This document shows, piece by piece, positions 1-10,512 of a stretch of 64,000 bases of DNA. Source of the DNA: an uncultured Phycisphaerales bacterium (GTDB lineage Bacteria > Planctomycetota > Phycisphaerae > Tepidisphaerales > Tepidisphaeraceae); NCBI GenBank assembly GCA_963844715.1, contig CAWJPJ010000008.1, forward strand, positions 894,515 through 958,514, in the 5' to 3' direction. Every line of letters begins with the position of its first letter. The first letter of the stretch is position 1. The notes beneath the pieces were generated by a model that did not search any database, had not been told where the DNA came from, and saw nothing but the letters and a program-made list of their open reading frames with translations. The translations under genes were made by a program, and so were the position numbers.

Positions 1-56
1 CCCATGATTGCCAATACCGCGCTCAATTCAATCAACGTGAAACCGGATTTTCTCAT
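1..56 (-). CDS. Pseudopilin (GspH-like), N-terminus only, runs off the window
   Basis: Reads MRKSGFTLIELSAVLAIMG, a prepilin G|FTLIE motif; its ATG overlaps the gspG stop (ATGA). Confidence 0.8.
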   Translation of the reverse strand, partial: MRKSGFTLIELSAVLAIM

Positions 57-472
57 GGCGCCGCCTTTGCCGTATCCGGCGCCGTGTCCAGATCGTCGCT
101 GCTGATATTGTCCGCCCCCTCCTTGCCACTGGCCCCCAGACAGAGCACTTCGTACGGACCGTTGCGGCCAGGCGCGTTGTACTGATACGAATGCCCCCAC
201 GGATCGTTGTGAACCTGTTCGATGTATTTCGGAGCCAGTACCGCCAGCCCCTCATCGTTTGTCGGATAACGCCCGTTTTCTGCGTAGAAAGCTGCCAAGG
301 CGCTCTTGAACGTACTCAAATCAGTGCGGGCGCGATTCTGCTTGGCTTTATCGAGGAAATGCCGCGTGCTCAGCGTCACCGCGCCGGCCAAAAGGCCGAT
401 GATCACGATGACGATCATGATCTCGATGAAGGTGAAAGCTCTTCGACCGATTATGCGATTAGCCGAGTACAT
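53..472 (-). CDS. gspG: Type II secretion major pseudopilin GspG
   Basis: AFTFIEIMIVIVIIGLLAG prepilin motif; GRYPT..EGL and DPWGH.YQY..PG motifs. Confidence 0.92.
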   Translation of the reverse strand: MYSANRIIGRRAFTFIEIMIVIVIIGLLAGAVTLSTRHFLDKAKQNRARTDLSTFKSALAAFYAENGRYPTNDEGLAVLAPKYIEQVHNDPWGHSYQYNAPGRNGPYEVLCLGASGKEGADNISSDDLDTAPDTAKAAP

Positions 473-1664
473 CGCCGGCCTCCAAAATAGGGAGCATGGT
501 CGCCAGGGCGATCGTCGCGACGATAGTGGCGAGCAAAAGAATCAAGACCGGCTCCAAAACGGAAGTGAGGCGTTGCGCCGCCGCCGCCACCTGATCGTCG
601 TAATCTCTGGCCAGTCGTCCCAGCATCTCCTCCAGCCGGCCGGATTCCTGGCCAACGGAAAAGACCTGTACGACGAGTGGCGGGAACGCCGCGGAGGCCC
701 GCAGAGCGGGAGCGATGTCTCGGCCGGCCGAAACTGCCGCCTCGCATCGCGCCAGCGCGTCCTGGAGTACGACATTGCGGGTGCTCTTTCGAGCGACCTG
801 TATCGCCCGCACAAAAACCACGCCGCTTTGGAGGAGGGTTTCCATGACCACAGCGATGCGGACCACCGCCGCCTTTTGGGCCAGGGTTCCGACCAATGGA
901 AGACGCAAGATAAGAAAATCCCATCCCCATCTGCCCCTCCGAGTTTGCAGGAGGAATGTCCACATAACGGCCGCGGCGACGGCAATCAAACCGACCAGCC
1001 ATCCCCGACTCACCAGGAAATCACTCGCGCCCTTGACGATCCGCGTGGGTAATGGCAAGGGCCGCCCCTCATCGAGGAGCGGTTGCAGGATCGAAGGGAC
1101 GACGTAGGTCATTAAAAAGATGCTCACGGCGACGGCGGTCAGGAGAACGATGCAGGGATACAACAAAGCCGTGCCGAGTTTGCCACGGAGTTGCTCGCGG
1201 CGCTCCCGGAACTTCGCCAGACGATCCAGGGCAACATCCAATGTTCCGGTGTCTTCGCCTACTTCCACGAGATTCAGGGATAGCTCATCAAAAATCGCCG
1301 GTTGACTGGCCATGGCCGCCGCCAAACTGCTGCCAGCCGATACGCGATCGCGCACAAGCAGTATGCTCGACCGAAATGAGCCGCGGTATTGGTTGGCGAT
1401 GGTTTGAAGGGCTTCGGTCAACGGCGCTCCAACTCCCAACAACGTCGAGAGTTCCCTGGCGAAGGAAGTGACTTTGTGACTTTCGCGATTGCGTCCTGCA
1501 AATCGGCGGACTTTGGCCGTGCGAACAGGGGAGAGGCGTTCAATGGTCAATCCGCGTTGGCGGAGAATGTCCCGCGCCTGCCTTGGCGTGTCGGCGGAGA
1601 GCGTACCGCTCAGATTGCCAGAAACGGTTGAGGGGTCAAAAGCTTTGTAGGCAAACACGGCCAC
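459..1664 (-). CDS. gspF: Type II secretion inner membrane platform protein GspF
   Basis: Two T2SSF repeats (ELSTLLGVGAPL, GEDTGTLD, GQESGRLEEML), LYP and LEP motifs, 401 aa. Confidence 0.92.
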   Translation of the reverse strand: MAVFAYKAFDPSTVSGNLSGTLSADTPRQARDILRQRGLTIERLSPVRTAKVRRFAGRNRESHKVTSFARELSTLLGVGAPLTEALQTIANQYRGSFRSSILLVRDRVSAGSSLAAAMASQPAIFDELSLNLVEVGEDTGTLDVALDRLAKFRERREQLRGKLGTALLYPCIVLLTAVAVSIFLMTYVVPSILQPLLDEGRPLPLPTRIVKGASDFLVSRGWLVGLIAVAAAVMWTFLLQTRRGRWGWDFLILRLPLVGTLAQKAAVVRIAVVMETLLQSGVVFVRAIQVARKSTRNVVLQDALARCEAAVSAGRDIAPALRASAAFPPLVVQVFSVGQESGRLEEMLGRLARDYDDQVAAAAQRLTSVLEPVLILLLATIVATIALATMLPILEAGDVLG

Positions 1665-1674
1665 GTTTATTTCT

Positions 1675-3333
1675 CTAGATGTCGAGGGCCTGACTGTCAG
1701 TTGTGCGCATCGTTACGCGTTCCACTTCGTCGATCGTTGTGACGCCAGCCACAATTTTGCCGATACCATCGTCGCGGAAGCTGCGCATGCCCGAGGATTG
1801 TGCTGCGGCTTTAAGCTCGCTCGCCGCGGCGCGATTCTGAATCTGCCGGCGAATCGATTCATCGACCATCATTAGCTCAAAAATACCGACGCGCCCGCGA
1901 TAGCCTGTATCTCGGCATTTGCCACATCCCTTGCCTCCGCGAAGCTCGACGCTTTCGTCCTCGGAGTTGAGCCAAGCTGTTTCGTCCGGTGCGGGACAAT
2001 GCGACTCCGAGCAAGCGGGACAAATCCGTCGCACCAGTCGTTGGGCTAATACTCCGGCGACAGAACTTGCGACCAGATACGGTTCCACGCCCAAATCCAA
2101 TAGTCGCATGACGGCACTGGCGGCGTCATTCGTATGTAGTGTCGAAAAGACCAGGTGACCCGTCAGCGCCGATTGGATTGCCATGGAGGCCGTTTCGCGA
2201 TCGCGGATCTCGCCGACCATGATGATATCCGGGTCCTGCGCAGTACGCTCCGCAGGCCGGAAGCAAAGGTCATCCCCTTCTTGTCAGTAACCTGGGTTTG
2301 GCTGATCCCTTCAAGTTGATACTCGATCGGATCTTCCAGCGTCAGCACGTTGTGCCGCCGGAAATCCATTTCCTTAAGGGCCGCGTACAACGTCGTCGTT
2401 TTGCCTGAACCTGTCGGGCCGGTGACCAATACTAGTCCATGATCCAGCCCAATCAGTTGCCGAAAGCGCGACAGGGTTGAACCGCCCATGCCGAGTTCGC
2501 CCAACTGGTACAGGCGAGTCGCTCTTGTCCAGTAATCGGATGACCACGCGCTCACCATGACTTGTGGGAAGTGACGCAAGGCGCAGGTCAATGGCGCGAT
2601 CCCCAACTTGTGCGGTCGCCCGTCCGTCCTGGGCAAGCCGCTTCTCGGCGATGTTCATGCGCCCCATCACTTTTAGGCGCCCGACTACTTCCTCCTGAAG
2701 GTGCTTGGGAAGCTCAAAGGCGTCAAACAGTACGCCATCGAGACGAAGGCGAACGGCCAGCGTCGTCTCAGTGGGCTGGATGTGAACATCCGATGCGCCG
2801 CTTTGGACGGCCTCAAAAAGTATCAGGTTCACAAGTTTCACGACCGGAGCGCGTCCGCCGCTGTCCAATAAATCTTCCCGGCCGGTCAGTTGCTCCAGTT
2901 CCTGAAGCACGCTGGCCCGATCCAGATGCTCGATCATTTGCCGGGCTTGCCCGCTGCGCTCTTGATAAGCCAAGTTGATTGCTGATTGAACCGCAGGGGA
3001 GGTGCAAATATCGGCGTTACATCGCGGCCGAGAAAGCGGGCGATGATATCGATCTGTTGCCAGCAATCGACATTGCTGATCGCTAGGACAAATGATTCGT
3101 CGGGTCCGACCAGTCCCATCAGGCCATGCTGTGCGCGCGAAGGCGATCGGTATGCGGCCGACGAACTCCGCGGACGTTGGGAATTCAGAAAGGCTCTCCA
3201 GATACCGCACACCCAGTTCTGAGGCGGTAGTTTTCAGATCTGGACGCGCCAGTGGTTCCGCCGGTGCCCCCAGTTCCAAGTGAATCGGGCGATGCTTTGA
3301 GGCTTTGGAACTCAATCGTTCCACGATCGACAT
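1675..3333 (-). CDS. gspE: Type II secretion ATPase GspE, split by frameshifts
   Basis: Fragments 2374-3333, 2163-2636 and 1675-2220 carry [42 protein letters not shown] and CxxC motifs. Confidence 0.9.
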
Positions 3334-3344
3334 AATCGCCCCTC

Positions 3345-5672
3345 TCAGCGAATGAGCAGCGGATCGCTCTGCGGGTAATCCGGCGGCAGTCCGGCGTCAC
3401 GCGTGTCCTGCTCCGAAAGGAATTTCAAATCCGCGAATTGGTCATCGCGCAGAATCGTTGGCTTGATGAACACAAAGAGCGTGGATTTGGAATTGGTTCG
3501 ATTCCGCTGCGATAGGAGATAATTCAAGATCGGAATGTCACCCAGGATCGGGACTGTCTGGCGACTGAAGCTGTCGTTGGTCGTGTTCAACCCACCGACG
3601 ATGACGGTGCTCCCATCCGGGATGGTGATTTTGCTCTGTACCGAATCCGTCTCTCGTGGAGGGGGCACGCCGTTGGACGATTGGCCGGAGAAGCTATTCA
3701 GGGTGATGACGTACTCCAGTTGCAGGTGGTCGCCTTCGCTGATGTGGGGGGTGAGGGTAATGGTCGTGCCCGCCGAGGCGTATCCCGCGAAACTGGTTGT
3801 CGCCACCGTGGTGGAAGCATTCACGCTCGTGAAAGGCTGCTCGTCTACGCTGGTCAATGTGCCGGTTGCATTATCGTTCACGAGAATCCGAGGCGACGAA
3901 AGCACCGTGGCGTGACTGTCGGTTTGTAGTGCCTGGATAACGACTTGCGCCACCTGCGACCCGATCAACGTTCCGTTGAATCCCGCCGCCGGCGTGAGGG
4001 CCAGAGCGCCCGTGGTTGGGTCGGGCGTGCTGAGGCCAAAGGAGTTGAAAGTCACAATTTTGGTTCCCCCTACACTGGCCCCACCGAGCTCAACTCCGAA
4101 GGAGCGGCTGTACGCGCTGTCAATCGTTACCAGGGTGCATTCCAAAAGCACCTGCGGTCTTCGCTTGTCGAGCGATTTGATGAGTCCCTCATACAAGCGC
4201 TGCGTCGCCGCATCGGCTTCAACGATGATCGTGTTGGTATTTGGGTCCGCCGTGATCTTGGCATTTGCCGTATGGACCCCAACCAATGGTTGCAACGAAT
4301 TGAGTGATGAGCCCCCGATACTTCCCGTGGCGGGGGAGACATTTTCTGAAAGATTCGGAGCGGACGTTACGCCTGAGGAAGGAGTTTGAAGATCATCGTG
4401 ATAAGCTGGAGCGGAGCTTTGCGAGCCTGGCTGATCCAGTGGCGGGGACCCGGCTTGCGGCGGCGATGTTGGTGCCGAGTTCTGTCCACCGGCGCCCTCG
4501 CCTTCTTCTTCCTGGCCGCCCTCCAGGGCGCGAATGGTAGCCAAGACATCCGCGGCGGTTGTGTTAGTCAGTTTATAAAAACGGATCGGACTGGCCGCCT
4601 CGGTCGCCGGCACATCCAACTGATCTATTAGCTCGACGACTTTTTGCTGAATGGCGTGAGTAGTAGTGACTATGAGCATTCCGGAATCTTTTTCGATTGC
4701 CGACTGGTAGAGGCGTTTGATTTCGAGAGGATCGATCGTCTCTCGTACCAAGCGATCCAGGCGATCCGGAGAGAGGGAGCGGAGCGTATACACCCGGGTC
4801 TCAAGGGGCAATGGAACATCGAGGGCGGCTGCCGTCGCTTCGGCTTCGGAAACCTTGTCGGGCGGTCCAATCAAAATGAGTTGATTCGTGTGCGCGTCTT
4901 GCAAGACTTGCACCGACGAAATGACGGACTCGGAAGGTCCTGTCAAAGCTTTGTCGCGAGCGGCGAGAATCTGCTGAAGCTGAGTGCTGGCGCTGGCAAC
5001 GTCCAAGTTCCGAACCGAAATGAACCGGGTTGCAACCGCTGCAGGAGGCTGGTCTATTAGCTCGATCAGCTTCGCTATCTGTTGTACCGTGGACGCGTAG
5101 TCGCTGACGATTAGTAAGTGCTGCTCGGGCAAGGGGATGGTATTGCCGCCGCTTTGAGTGAGAAACGGCTTGACGACGCTATCGGCGCGCTGCGGATCCG
5201 CATAGCGGAGGGTGAAGATTTGCGTAACGGCGACTGCGGGCAAAATGCCCGGCGTCATCGGGCGTCTTGTCGGGGCCGCAACACTTTTTAAGTTTGCCGC
5301 CAAAGTAATTCTCTTCCAGCCCGGTTGGTCTCCGTCGACGACAACTAATCCTTTCATTTTCAAGGCGCTTTCCAACAGGCCAAGAAGCGAATCCTTAGAA
5401 ATCTGAGCTGGCGCCACAATCGTGATGTGCTGAGCTACGTCTTGCTCGTCGTACAAAAAGTTAATGCCGAGACGATCACCCACATATTGAATGAGAACTT
5501 TAAGCTCGAGGTTCGGCGGGAAATCCAGGGCAATCATCTCGGTTGGAGACTGCGCAACTGGTTGCTCCCCCCGAACTTGTTGACAGGAGAAGGCAATGGC
5601 GGTCAGCGCAAAGCAGAGGCCAAGCACATGTACTAATCGAATGCTCCCGCGCCATTCGTGTAGGCCAGCCAT
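3345..5672 (-). CDS. gspD: Type II secretion secretin GspD
   Basis: Signal peptide, N-domains, C-terminal secretin domain (QVLLE...SSPRILVNDN...VPILGDIPIL...LFVFIKPTI). Confidence 0.9.
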   Translation of the reverse strand: MAGLHEWRGSIRLVHVLGLCFALTAIAFSCQQVRGEQPVAQSPTEMIALDFPPNLELKVLIQYVGDRLGINFLYDEQDVAQHITIVAPAQISKDSLLGLLESALKMKGLVVVDGDQPGWKRITLAANLKSVAAPTRRPMTPGILPAVAVTQIFTLRYADPQRADSVVKPFLTQSGGNTIPLPEQHLLIVSDYASTVQQIAKLIELIDQPPAAVATRFISVRNLDVASASTQLQQILAARDKALTGPSESVISSVQVLQDAHTNQLILIGPPDKVSEAEATAAALDVPLPLETRVYTLRSLSPDRLDRLVRETIDPLEIKRLYQSAIEKDSGMLIVTTTHAIQQKVVELIDQLDVPATEAASPIRFYKLTNTTAADVLATIRALEGGQEEEGEGAGGQNSAPTSPPQAGSPPLDQPGSQSSAPAYHDDLQTPSSGVTSAPNLSENVSPATGSIGGSSLNSLQPLVGVHTANAKITADPNTNTIIVEADAATQRLYEGLIKSLDKRRPQVLLECTLVTIDSAYSRSFGVELGGASVGGTKIVTFNSFGLSTPDPTTGALALTPAAGFNGTLIGSQVAQVVIQALQTDSHATVLSSPRILVNDNATGTLTSVDEQPFTSVNASTTVATTSFAGYASAGTTITLTPHISEGDHLQLEYVITLNSFSGQSSNGVPPPRETDSVQSKITIPDGSTVIVGGLNTTNDSFSRQTVPILGDIPILNYLLSQRNRTNSKSTLFVFIKPTILRDDQFADLKFLSEQDTRDAGLPPDYPQSDPLLIR

Positions 5673-6087
5673 TCACATTCCTTTTTAGCTTCAACAATAA
5701 AAATGTTTGTGATCAGTTGTGTACCCACTTCGTGTCGGCCAAGTCAATCAAAATCCGGAGAGGTGATCGTGTAGCCTTCGCAGTAAGAATTGTCGTCTCA
5801 ACAAAATTTTTTGTTGACTTTCTTGTTGATGCATTGGCATAGTGGCGCCACACAAGAGGGCTATACGCGCACCAGGACGCGGAGGTATGTTCTAAAGCCC
5901 CACATGATCCAGGGAGGCTGTGATCGTTTGCATGATAAATCGGGTTAATGTGGTTGTTTAAAACAATTGAATAGTTTCCAAGAGATTTGCTGAGGCAAGG
6001 GCGAGAGTGTTGCGCACTTGCAGTATTTGGATTTTAATTGGCAGGCAGCCGCAGGGATGTTCCGCGGCACATAAGCGAGATAATCCC

Positions 6088-7777
6088 ATGAAATTCGCAG
6101 AAAAGCGCCTCCTTCTTGTCGTTTTGCATTTGACGACGATGTCTTCGATGGCCGGACTAGCCAGCGGCCAAACGACATCGCCCTCCAACGGCCCAACGAC
6201 TTTGCCCTCCGCACCAGTTCTTGCACAAATGCCCGCGAACTGGCAGCAGCTTTCTGTCACGAATCTGATGCCGGTGGTTCAGGCGTACTATAAGGCAAAC
6301 GGGCACTTGACGATCGCGCAGTGCAGTGCGCGGAGGTTGCGCAATCGGTGTGGAGTCAATATTTAAGCACTGACCAAGAATTCCAGCAGGCATGGGCCAC
6401 CGATCAAGATAGTCTGACCGTGATTGTCAGTTATGTGGCCAAGGATCTTCCTCCAGCCTCGGTATCTGCGTTGGCGACCAGATTCACCGGTATCGCCGCG
6501 AATTCGAGCGCAATTGCGCCGCTTAAATTCCGCTATGTAAAACATTTGTTTCTTGCGCTATCGAGCCTTGCGCCGACCCCTCGGTCGGACAGCAGATGGA
6601 AACCGGATGGATTGGTGCATGGTCCCAACAGCAGTCACTGTCAGCGAATAACATTGGACATATGGGACAGGCGATACTAAGCGATACGGCACCGGAGACT
6701 GCGGCTGCCCGCAGCGCGATAGTAACGTTGGCTTGGAGTAATTTTCTGAGCAACACGACATTTGTGTTAACTGCGAAATTTTCCGACGTCATGCGGTTAG
6801 TAGCGGTGTTTGGAAGCCAACTGAGCGCAACACAACAACAACAATTGATTGCACCAATCCTTCAAAGATGCTCCAGCTCGACGCCTGATTTAGCACTTGT
6901 GTCAATTCAGCACATGAATGCAACGGTAGTCGCCCCTCTACGATCGATTGGTGCTACGGACGTTCAACTTGCCTCTTTGATTGCAGCTTGGGCCGTTGCG
7001 CGGGACCAGAGAACCGCCTACACGGTGGATGACGGAGGGCCGGTGAGGCAAACTGTCAGTTTTAATTCATTTGGCAAGGGGTCGACGGCTCAAGCCGCCT
7101 TTTTTGCAGCAATTGCGGCACAGGTTCAGGCTGACGGCGGAATGATTGGCCCCAATACTGCGTATCTACTTTCATTTTGCGCGACCGCAAGCAATCAGCT
7201 TCCGGCGTGGATGTCACAGTTAAATTCGCAACTCCAGGCGACCAACGTGGCTGGAGACAGCGAGGCACTATTGCTCTTGTCCCAAGCCGACGCAATTGAT
7301 CCAGTGGGAAACTCGTTGGCCGTCAATGCCGCGGCTCAGCAGGCGCTGCAGCAAGCTTTGGCCAGCGCCCAGTCACCAAAGGTACAAGTCGCGTGCTGCG
7401 AAGGCCTGGTGCACAGACTGGTGATGGCGAAGAACTACACGCAGGCACAGAGTTACTTGACGTCATTGCAGGCTCAGCTGACTGATCCGTCCGCCCTGGC
7501 GAACGTCAACACGTTGACTGCATTCGTTGCGGAGTCAGCTGCGCGTGACGCGAATCAAGCTGCGCAGCAAGCTCAATTGGCTGCCCTAGGTGCGGCGCAT
7601 GGCCCGACTCTCCGCCTGCAAGGTCGGCTTGCGTACTTACAGTCGAAACTGGCCGCCGCCCAAGCGCAACAGGCTCCCTCAGCGGAAATCCAAGCATTGT
7701 CAGCTTCGATTGCTAACATCCAAGAACAACTTGCAGCGTTGCCGGTCATACCACCCACGACGAGCCCATCTCAGTGA
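6088..7777 (+). CDS. Secreted Ala/Gln-rich helical protein of unknown function (paralog A), frameshifted
   Basis: Signal peptide MKFAEKRLLLVVLHLTTMSSMAGLASG; pieces 6088-6366, 6321-6680 and 6596-7777; colinear similarity to 8861-10512. Confidence 0.65.
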
Positions 7778-7841
7778 GGAGAAACTGCGGAAAGCGGATC
7801 AAATGCCGACAGGACATGGTCTCCATCGCGAGCAAAAGCGT

Positions 7842-8772
7842 ATGAGAAGAAAATTTCCATATTCCAACGTCGTTTTCCTAATGGCGATTTTCGCAGTAGC
7901 GCGCTCTGTTTTGGCGGTACCATTTTTGGTGGTGGATTTCAGCGTCAATGGCTCGCGCGGAGGCTCTGCGGGAGAAACCATCGGTTGGCAATTGTGCAAA
8001 TCGGACTTACAGAAAGGCAATGGTTCGCACGAAACAACGACTTTCAGTAATGACCAGATCAAGCGCGTCTTCGGTGGCAACACTCCGTTGTCGAAAAGCG
8101 TAGCGCCTACGGGTCGGTTGGCATTCGCGCTAACTTCGGTAGACCTCTCGTTCCTAAATGGGCAGCCGACGATCTTAAACGATGGCGCGAGTATTAGATT
8201 TAGCGACCGCGGATCAATGGATTCCGGTGGCAAGGTGGGAGCATTGTACCATTCTTTCATAGTCGCGACCGCTGGGTCGGCAATGATTGATGGCCAGGAC
8301 CCGGGCCTAATAGTCGCCGACGACGGTGCAAATCACCGAATGCTCATCCAAATTTCTGGCCTAAAGGCGAATAGCAGTTACGTGTTTACGTTTTATGCCT
8401 ACGACGAAGCCGCGCGGCAGAGCGTTTGTGTGTTTACGAATGTGACTGGGGATCCGTTACGTCACCTCAATGCTGCGGACGCGTCCGCAAATAGAAATTA
8501 CAAAGTTGGAATGCCCAATGTATCTGTCCTATTCAACCCTGGACTCGGTGAACATGACGACGGCACTCAGTATGCGCACAGATGGCCAATACGTGTGGGT
8601 TAACGGTGCCGCGCCGACGACCACGGAACAATACGCGGTTTCACTCGCAGCAAACAGCGACGCCACTGGGAAAGTAATCTTTGCAGAGACGACGGTGGTA
8701 GGGCTGTACGGCCGCTACCAACCATGTCCGGTCCTTAACAGAATTGAGATCGACGCTGGCGCAGCGAACTGA
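7842..8772 (+). CDS. Secreted protein, probably beta-rich, unknown function, frameshifted
   Basis: Signal peptide MRRKFPYSNVVFLMAIFAVARSVLA; continues in ORF 8470-8772. Confidence 0.55.
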
Positions 8773-8860
8773 CCGAAGTTACATGCCGCCGCAGGGCGGA
8801 CTCTGCGTACGAACTAGCCTCGATGCGTGAATGGCGACACGGTATGGCTGGAGGTGAAAT

Positions 8861-10512
8861 ATGCCAATTTCAAAGCATTCCCTGTCGCTGGCAGTAGTGA
8901 TCTTTGGAGCGAGCGTTACGGTGCGAGCAGCCGATATCTCTTCTGCCGACGCATTACCGAAGGACTGGCAGCAGTTACCAATTTCGCAGCTTGATCGAAT
9001 CGTACGTGAATTCGATTTTCAAAACCCGGGGCGGCAGAACATTGTCCGACGCGAAGAGCGCAGCAACGTTGATCGCCAACCGATATTTTTCGGATGCTCA
9101 GACTCTAGAAGCCACCCTAGCACAAGACCGTTATGGCGCGTTGTTGCTATCGGCGGATTTGGTGCCGGATTTGCCGATCGACGTGGCATACGGACTGGGA
9201 GACATGCTTCTCGCCGCCACGGCAGACCAAAATGCCATAAAATCTGTGAGTTTTTCGGAACTCAATAGTGTATACGACACATGTAGATTTTTGAGAAAGT
9301 CGCAAGGCGGCTTGGGGGATGTTGCTGCGTTGTGGGTGAATTCTTCGGGCCAATGGAAAACCCTAGGAACAGCGGAGCTCTTAGACCTCGGCGAAATGAT
9401 ATACCTGGTCAATGATCCGAAGGTCGAAAACGCGAAAAGTCTGATTCTTGCCAAGGCGTGGAGCGAATCGCTTGGGAAAGTGTCTTTTTATGCGATCGCC
9501 GACAACACAACGTTGATCCGATCGATGAGGATATTTGGAATTCAACTCGACGCCGCCGCACGCGAGTTTGTCGTGCGGAATGCGGTCGGTCGGTTTCAAA
9601 ACAACGATGAATTGCTATCGGCGATTACGACTCCACAGATGATCCACTTGGTTGCCGCTTTGCGTCGAATCGGGGCTACCGACGACGAAACCGCGACGAC
9701 GTTAGCTGGTTGGGCTCGGGCGAGGGACGCACGTCCCCTTTATAGCGTCGATGAGTTCGATCCCGCACGGAGATATGAAAGCTTCTCGGAAATGTTTGAG
9801 GGGGCAGATCGACCGGTGGATTTTGCGAAAAAAGTCAGAAGCTATTTGTTTGTTGATTCGAATATTCTGGGCCCGACATGCGCCAGAGTTCTTGGCTACG
9901 TCTCGACAACGATCGGTGATTTACCCCAATGGCGCGAAACATTGGAAGCGCGATCTTAGGTCGCCTCAGCTTGCCGGAGATGAGCGCGCGAATCTGCTCT
10001 TGGCAAAGGCCGAAGCGGACGAAATCACCAATCCAGTAAGTCTGGATTCTGACGGGAAGGAGCTGGCGCTAGCCGCGTTCTCGACGGCCCAAAGCGATCG
10101 CATGCGGTTCGCAGCAATTTATTGGCTCACCCATCGCTATACCCTGGCCGGACGTGATGCCGACGCACGAGCGTGCGTTGAAAATGCGTTTTTGGAAATT
10201 CATGATCGATCGTATTTGCATCAACTGCAAGTGCTAAACGAGCAAATGGCGACTCTATCCGACATGTTGGGCAGAGCGAGACAACATTTGGCAGACAAAG
10301 CAAAGATACGCTTGCAAGGCGAGTTGGAATTCCTTCAAAATGAACTGGTGTCGGCAGCAAAACGATGGTCGTCCCAGTGTCGAAATCTCGACTTTAAAAG
10401 CACAAATTCAGAATTTGCAGCAGCGTATCGTTATGCAAATGCCGTAGACGTTAAGAGCTTAGTAGGAACATTGGAACAATGTACTGGGGTTGAATATGCG
10501 CCACGCTCATGA
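8861..10512 (+). CDS. Secreted helical protein of unknown function (paralog B), frameshifted
   Basis: GGAGG RBS; signal peptide MPISKHSLSLAVVIFGASVTVRA; pieces 8861-, 8904-9959 and 9751-10512; shares motifs with 6088-7777. Confidence 0.65.
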
